A program made the translations under genes and the position numbers. The notes beneath the pieces were generated by a model. That model was not told the DNA's origin. It saw nothing but the letters and a program-made list of their open reading frames with translations, and searched no databases. A DNA stretch of 40,260 nt, from the NCBI GenBank assembly GCA_964452665.1, contig CAYVNB010000002.1, positions 1 through 40,260 of the forward strand, read 5' to 3'. This document shows, piece by piece, positions 37,373 to 40,260 of this stretch. The stretch's first letter is position 1, and each line of letters opens with the position of its first letter. This DNA comes from an uncultured bacterium (GTDB lineage Bacteria > Fidelibacterota > Marinisomatia > Marinisomatales > TCS55).

Positions 37373-39208
37373 ATGAAACGGACGTTGATATTCATTTTAT
37401 TTTTTACAATTAGTTTTGGCCAGCGAACGGCCAAACCTGTCATCCATGGGAAGCATTGGGTGGCCATTACAGGAAAACCATTAGGTGCCACAGCCGGGGC
37501 AACTATTTTTGCCCAGGGCGGAAATGCAGTAGATGCTGCCTGTGCCATGTTGGCGGCCACTTGTACCATGTACGATGTGCTGAGTTGGGGGGGTGAAACT
37601 CAGGCATTGGTCTATAATCCCAAAACCAAAAAAGTCATCGGTATCAATGCATTGGGTGTGGCGCCTACCGGAGCCACAGCAGAATTCTATAAAGAGAAAG
37701 GGCATGAATATCCGCCTCAATACGGTCCTTTGGCCGCAGTTACACCTGGGACACCGGGAGGGTTGATGACCATGTTAGCAGAATACGGCACCATGAGTTT
37801 GAAAGCAGTATTGGCCCCGGCCATGGAAATGGCCAAGGGATATCCTATCGAGGCTCAGGCTGCCAATGGGATAGAACGTGAGAAGAAACAAATTGCCAAA
37901 TGGCCCTATTCGAAAAAAGTATTTCTGGTACATGAAGGAGAACGGGAAGCACCATATCCCGGAGAGATTTTCATTCAGGAGGACCTATACAATACACTCC
38001 AAAAATTGGTTGATACTGAGGCAAAGGTTTTAGCCAAAGGTGGTTCGCGGAAAGAAGCAATCTACGCGGCCAATAACCGATTTTATAAAGAAGATATTGC
38101 TGAAGAGATCGCTCGATCTACTCAGGAACAAGGTGGTTTGATTACTAAAGAAGATTTAGCTAATTGGAAGGTATATTTAGAAAAACCTGTGAAGGTAAAC
38201 TACAAAGGGATCGACGTATATAAATTGACCCATTGGGTTCAGGGTCCGGTCATGCTTCAGTCATTAAACATGCTGGAAGAGTTCGATCTGAAAGCTATGG
38301 GATATAATTCATCCAGATATATTCACACCTTGTATCAGGTTATGAACCTGGCCTTTGCCGATCGAGATTTCTATTATGGGGATCCCTACTTTCCTCCGGC
38401 GGAGCCGATTAATGGACTTTTGTCTAAACGGTACGCAAATGCCCGGATCAAAGAAATCAATTGGGAAGAGAATAATGCCAATGTGAAACCAGGGAACCCC
38501 TATAAATTCCAAGTGGGGCCCAACAACCCGTTTTTGCACCATTTAAAAACATGGGGAGATGAAAAAAAGCGCCATAATCCTAATGATGGAAATCAGGATT
38601 TTTCAGCATTGGAAAGTGAATTCAATCTTGGAACCACAACGATTCAAGCAGCGGACAAGGATGGTTGGATCGTATCTATTACACCCAGTGGCGGATGGAT
38701 ACCTACTGTTATTGCAGGTAATACAGGTATCGGGTTGAGTCAGCGGGCTCAAAGTTTTGTTCTTTATGAAGATGAGAACCCCTATAATGTGATTGAGCCA
38801 GGGAAGCGTCCTCGGGCAACCCTGACACCAGCCTTGGCTTTAAAGGATGGAAAACCCTACCTATCCTTTGCAGTACAAGGGGGCGATACACAAGATCAAA
38901 ATCTTCTTCAATTCTTTTTAAATATGGTTGAATTTGACATGAATGTTCAGGAGGCAGCAGAAGCGGCCAATGTGAACAGTTATCAGATGTACTCATCATT
39001 TGGTACCCACAGCAAAGAGGCAGCCCGGATCGTGGTGCACCAAGATACACCGCCCTGGGTATTGAAGGATCTTCGAAAAAAAGGATATACAGTTGTGATA
39101 CGATCCCTGACATCAGGCCCCATTAATGCAATTTGGTTTGACTGGGAACACGGTACTATGTGGGGTGGGTCTTCTAATCATGGGGAGGATTACGGTATTG
39201 GCTGGTGA
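37373..39208 (+). CDS. ggt: Gamma-glutamyltransferase family protein, secreted
   Basis: The start is ATG 37373 (MKRTLIFILFFT...) with TAAGGAGGA upstream. The autoprocessing/nucleophile region is FNLGTTTIQAADKDGW. Confidence 0.88.
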   Translation: MKRTLIFILFFTISFGQRTAKPVIHGKHWVAITGKPLGATAGATIFAQGGNAVDAACAMLAATCTMYDVLSWGGETQALVYNPKTKKVIGINALGVAPTGATAEFYKEKGHEYPPQYGPLAAVTPGTPGGLMTMLAEYGTMSLKAVLAPAMEMAKGYPIEAQAANGIEREKKQIAKWPYSKKVFLVHEGEREAPYPGEIFIQEDLYNTLQKLVDTEAKVLAKGGSRKEAIYAANNRFYKEDIAEEIARSTQEQGGLITKEDLANWKVYLEKPVKVNYKGIDVYKLTHWVQGPVMLQSLNMLEEFDLKAMGYNSSRYIHTLYQVMNLAFADRDFYYGDPYFPPAEPINGLLSKRYANARIKEINWEENNANVKPGNPYKFQVGPNNPFLHHLKTWGDEKKRHNPNDGNQDFSALESEFNLGTTTIQAADKDGWIVSITPSGGWIPTVIAGNTGIGLSQRAQSFVLYEDENPYNVIEPGKRPRATLTPALALKDGKPYLSFAVQGGDTQDQNLLQFFLNMVEFDMNVQEAAEAANVNSYQMYSSFGTHSKEAARIVVHQDTPPWVLKDLRKKGYTVVIRSLTSGPINAIWFDWEHGTMWGGSSNHGEDYGIGW

Positions 39209-39995
39209 TCATCTCACCCTTTACCAGGTTGATGCATTTGCAGATCAGGTATTCTCAGGAAATCCTGCCGCTGTTATTCCACTGGAAAGTTGGTTGCCAG
39301 AAGTAACTCTACAGAAAATAGCCACAGAGAACAATCTATCAGAAACTGCATTTTTTGTAAAGCAGGATAAGGGCTATGCAATACGTTGGTTCACACCGAC
39401 GTCAGAAGTTGATCTTTGTGGGCATGCTACTATGGCATCGGCCTATGTTATTTTTCAATATTTGGATCCTGAGGAATCGATAATCCTTTTTGATTCGAAA
39501 TCTGGCCCTCTTCAAGTTGAGCGAACGGGAGATCTCATCACCATGGATTTTCCTAAGGATGACCCTAAACCCTGCAAGGAAATGAAAGCAAAATTGGATC
39601 AGATACTGAGGATAGAATCGGAAATAATATGCAAAGGTCGAGATGATTTCCTGGCTATAGTATCTTCCCAAAAGGAAGTGGAAGAAATTTCACCAAATTT
39701 TCAGGAAATGTCCCAATTAGACTGTAGGGGAGTGATCGTATCAGGACCAGGGGAGAACCATGACTTTGTATCCCGTTGTTTTTATCCGACCTATGGTGTG
39801 AACGAGGACCCCGTTACCGGTTCTGCACATTGTTTGATTGCAGCCTATTGGTCGGAAAAAATGGTAAAAACATTTCTTGAAGGAAGGCAGCTCTCGCCTA
39901 GAGGGGGAAATGTAGCCTGTGAAGTAAAAGGTGCGCGCGTTATTTTATCAGGGACCTGTCATCTTTATATGAAGGGTACTATTCGATTACCATGA
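39198..39995 (+). CDS. PhzF family isomerase
   Basis: Motifs LYQVDAFADQVFSGNPAAV and SETAFF are present. TTG 39198 has GGAGG 9 nt upstream; the alternative ATG 39180 has no SD. Either start overlaps the ggt 3' end. Confidence 0.82.
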   Translation: MAGDHLTLYQVDAFADQVFSGNPAAVIPLESWLPEVTLQKIATENNLSETAFFVKQDKGYAIRWFTPTSEVDLCGHATMASAYVIFQYLDPEESIILFDSKSGPLQVERTGDLITMDFPKDDPKPCKEMKAKLDQILRIESEIICKGRDDFLAIVSSQKEVEEISPNFQEMSQLDCRGVIVSGPGENHDFVSRCFYPTYGVNEDPVTGSAHCLIAAYWSEKMVKTFLEGRQLSPRGGNVACEVKGARVILSGTCHLYMKGTIRLP

Positions 39996-40260
39996 ATAAA
40001 ATTCTAGCAAAATTGATTACAGGAATATTTATCATATTTGCCTGGGTGAATCTAAATGATCCCGATGGCTGGATATGGTCCATCATCTATGTAGGGGTGG
40101 CGGTTATGCCATTAATCCACAAGGTGAACCAATCTCACTTAAATCAATTGGCCCTGGTTCTGCTTGTACTGGGCCTATTGATCGCATCGGGTATCTTGAA
40201 CTCGTGGATGCCCCAACAAACTGATGATCGCATGGTAAAGATGTGGGAACACCAGCGGGA
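39992..40260 (+). CDS. TMEM220-like small membrane protein (3' partial)
   Basis: An ATGA overlap links it to the PhzF stop. The product MNKILAKLITGIFIIFAWVNLNDPDGWIWSIIYVGVAV... stays open to the window end. The NDPD-W motif is typical of the TMEM220 family as I remember it. Confidence 0.6.
   Translation, partial: MNKILAKLITGIFIIFAWVNLNDPDGWIWSIIYVGVAVMPLIHKVNQSHLNQLALVLLVLGLLIASGILNSWMPQQTDDRMVKMWEHQR

Noticed and set aside
1-40260. A scan of the whole window for CRISPR arrays, tRNA or rRNA genes, IS elements, integrases, toxin-antitoxin pairs and defence-system hallmarks.
   Set aside because: I saw no direct-repeat/spacer periodicity and no cloverleaf-like segments in the intergenic regions, all of which are under 300 nt. 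No transposase, integrase, nuclease or ATPase ORFs are present, and every large ORF has a metabolic or envelope assignment. This was a visual scan only; tRNAscan, Infernal and repeat finders would be needed to be definitive.

Overview
This is a 40.3-kb chromosomal window from a bacterium of roughly 40% GC. It uses the standard genetic code (TGA, TAA and TAG all terminate genes here) and has clear Shine-Dalgarno sites. Two secreted proteins carry T9SS-type C-terminal sorting tails (NYPNPFNxTT...), which suggests an FCB-superphylum-like, possibly uncultivated marine lineage; that is inference only. I count about 38 protein genes. By eye I found no rRNA, tRNA, CRISPR array, transposase, integrase or recognisable defence genes. 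The content is housekeeping and catabolic, so I do not claim a new multi-gene system. The core is a 14-gene minus-strand aromatic supraoperon, trpE-trpG-trpD-trpC-trpF-trpB-trpA-DAHPS(class II)-aroA-aroE-aroC-aroK-aroB-aroQ (5601-18711). It encodes the whole shikimate pathway plus the whole Trp branch. Four observations deserve a second look. (1) A 22-codon leader ORF rich in aromatic codons (SWYWLF) sits upstream of trpE, followed by mutually exclusive antiterminator and terminator helices. (2) A glutaredoxin-like GST gene is open upstream of its called start through a single UGA that sits where I recall the family's catalytic Cys, with hairpins just downstream; this is a candidate selenoprotein. 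(3) An SDR / acyl-CoA dehydrogenase / APH-kinase module resembles Lva and ACAD10/11, and its kinase is interrupted by one in-frame TAA immediately before the intact catalytic motif. (4) An uncalled 53-codon basic ORF exactly fills the 36546-36711 gap. The remaining genes are two T9SS cargo proteins, several secreted peptidases plus a gamma-glutamyltransferase, an orphan acidic Trp-rich lipoprotein, a CarboxypepD_reg/beta-barrel outer-membrane protein, a C-N hydrolase, TrhO, a PhzF-like isomerase, and others.
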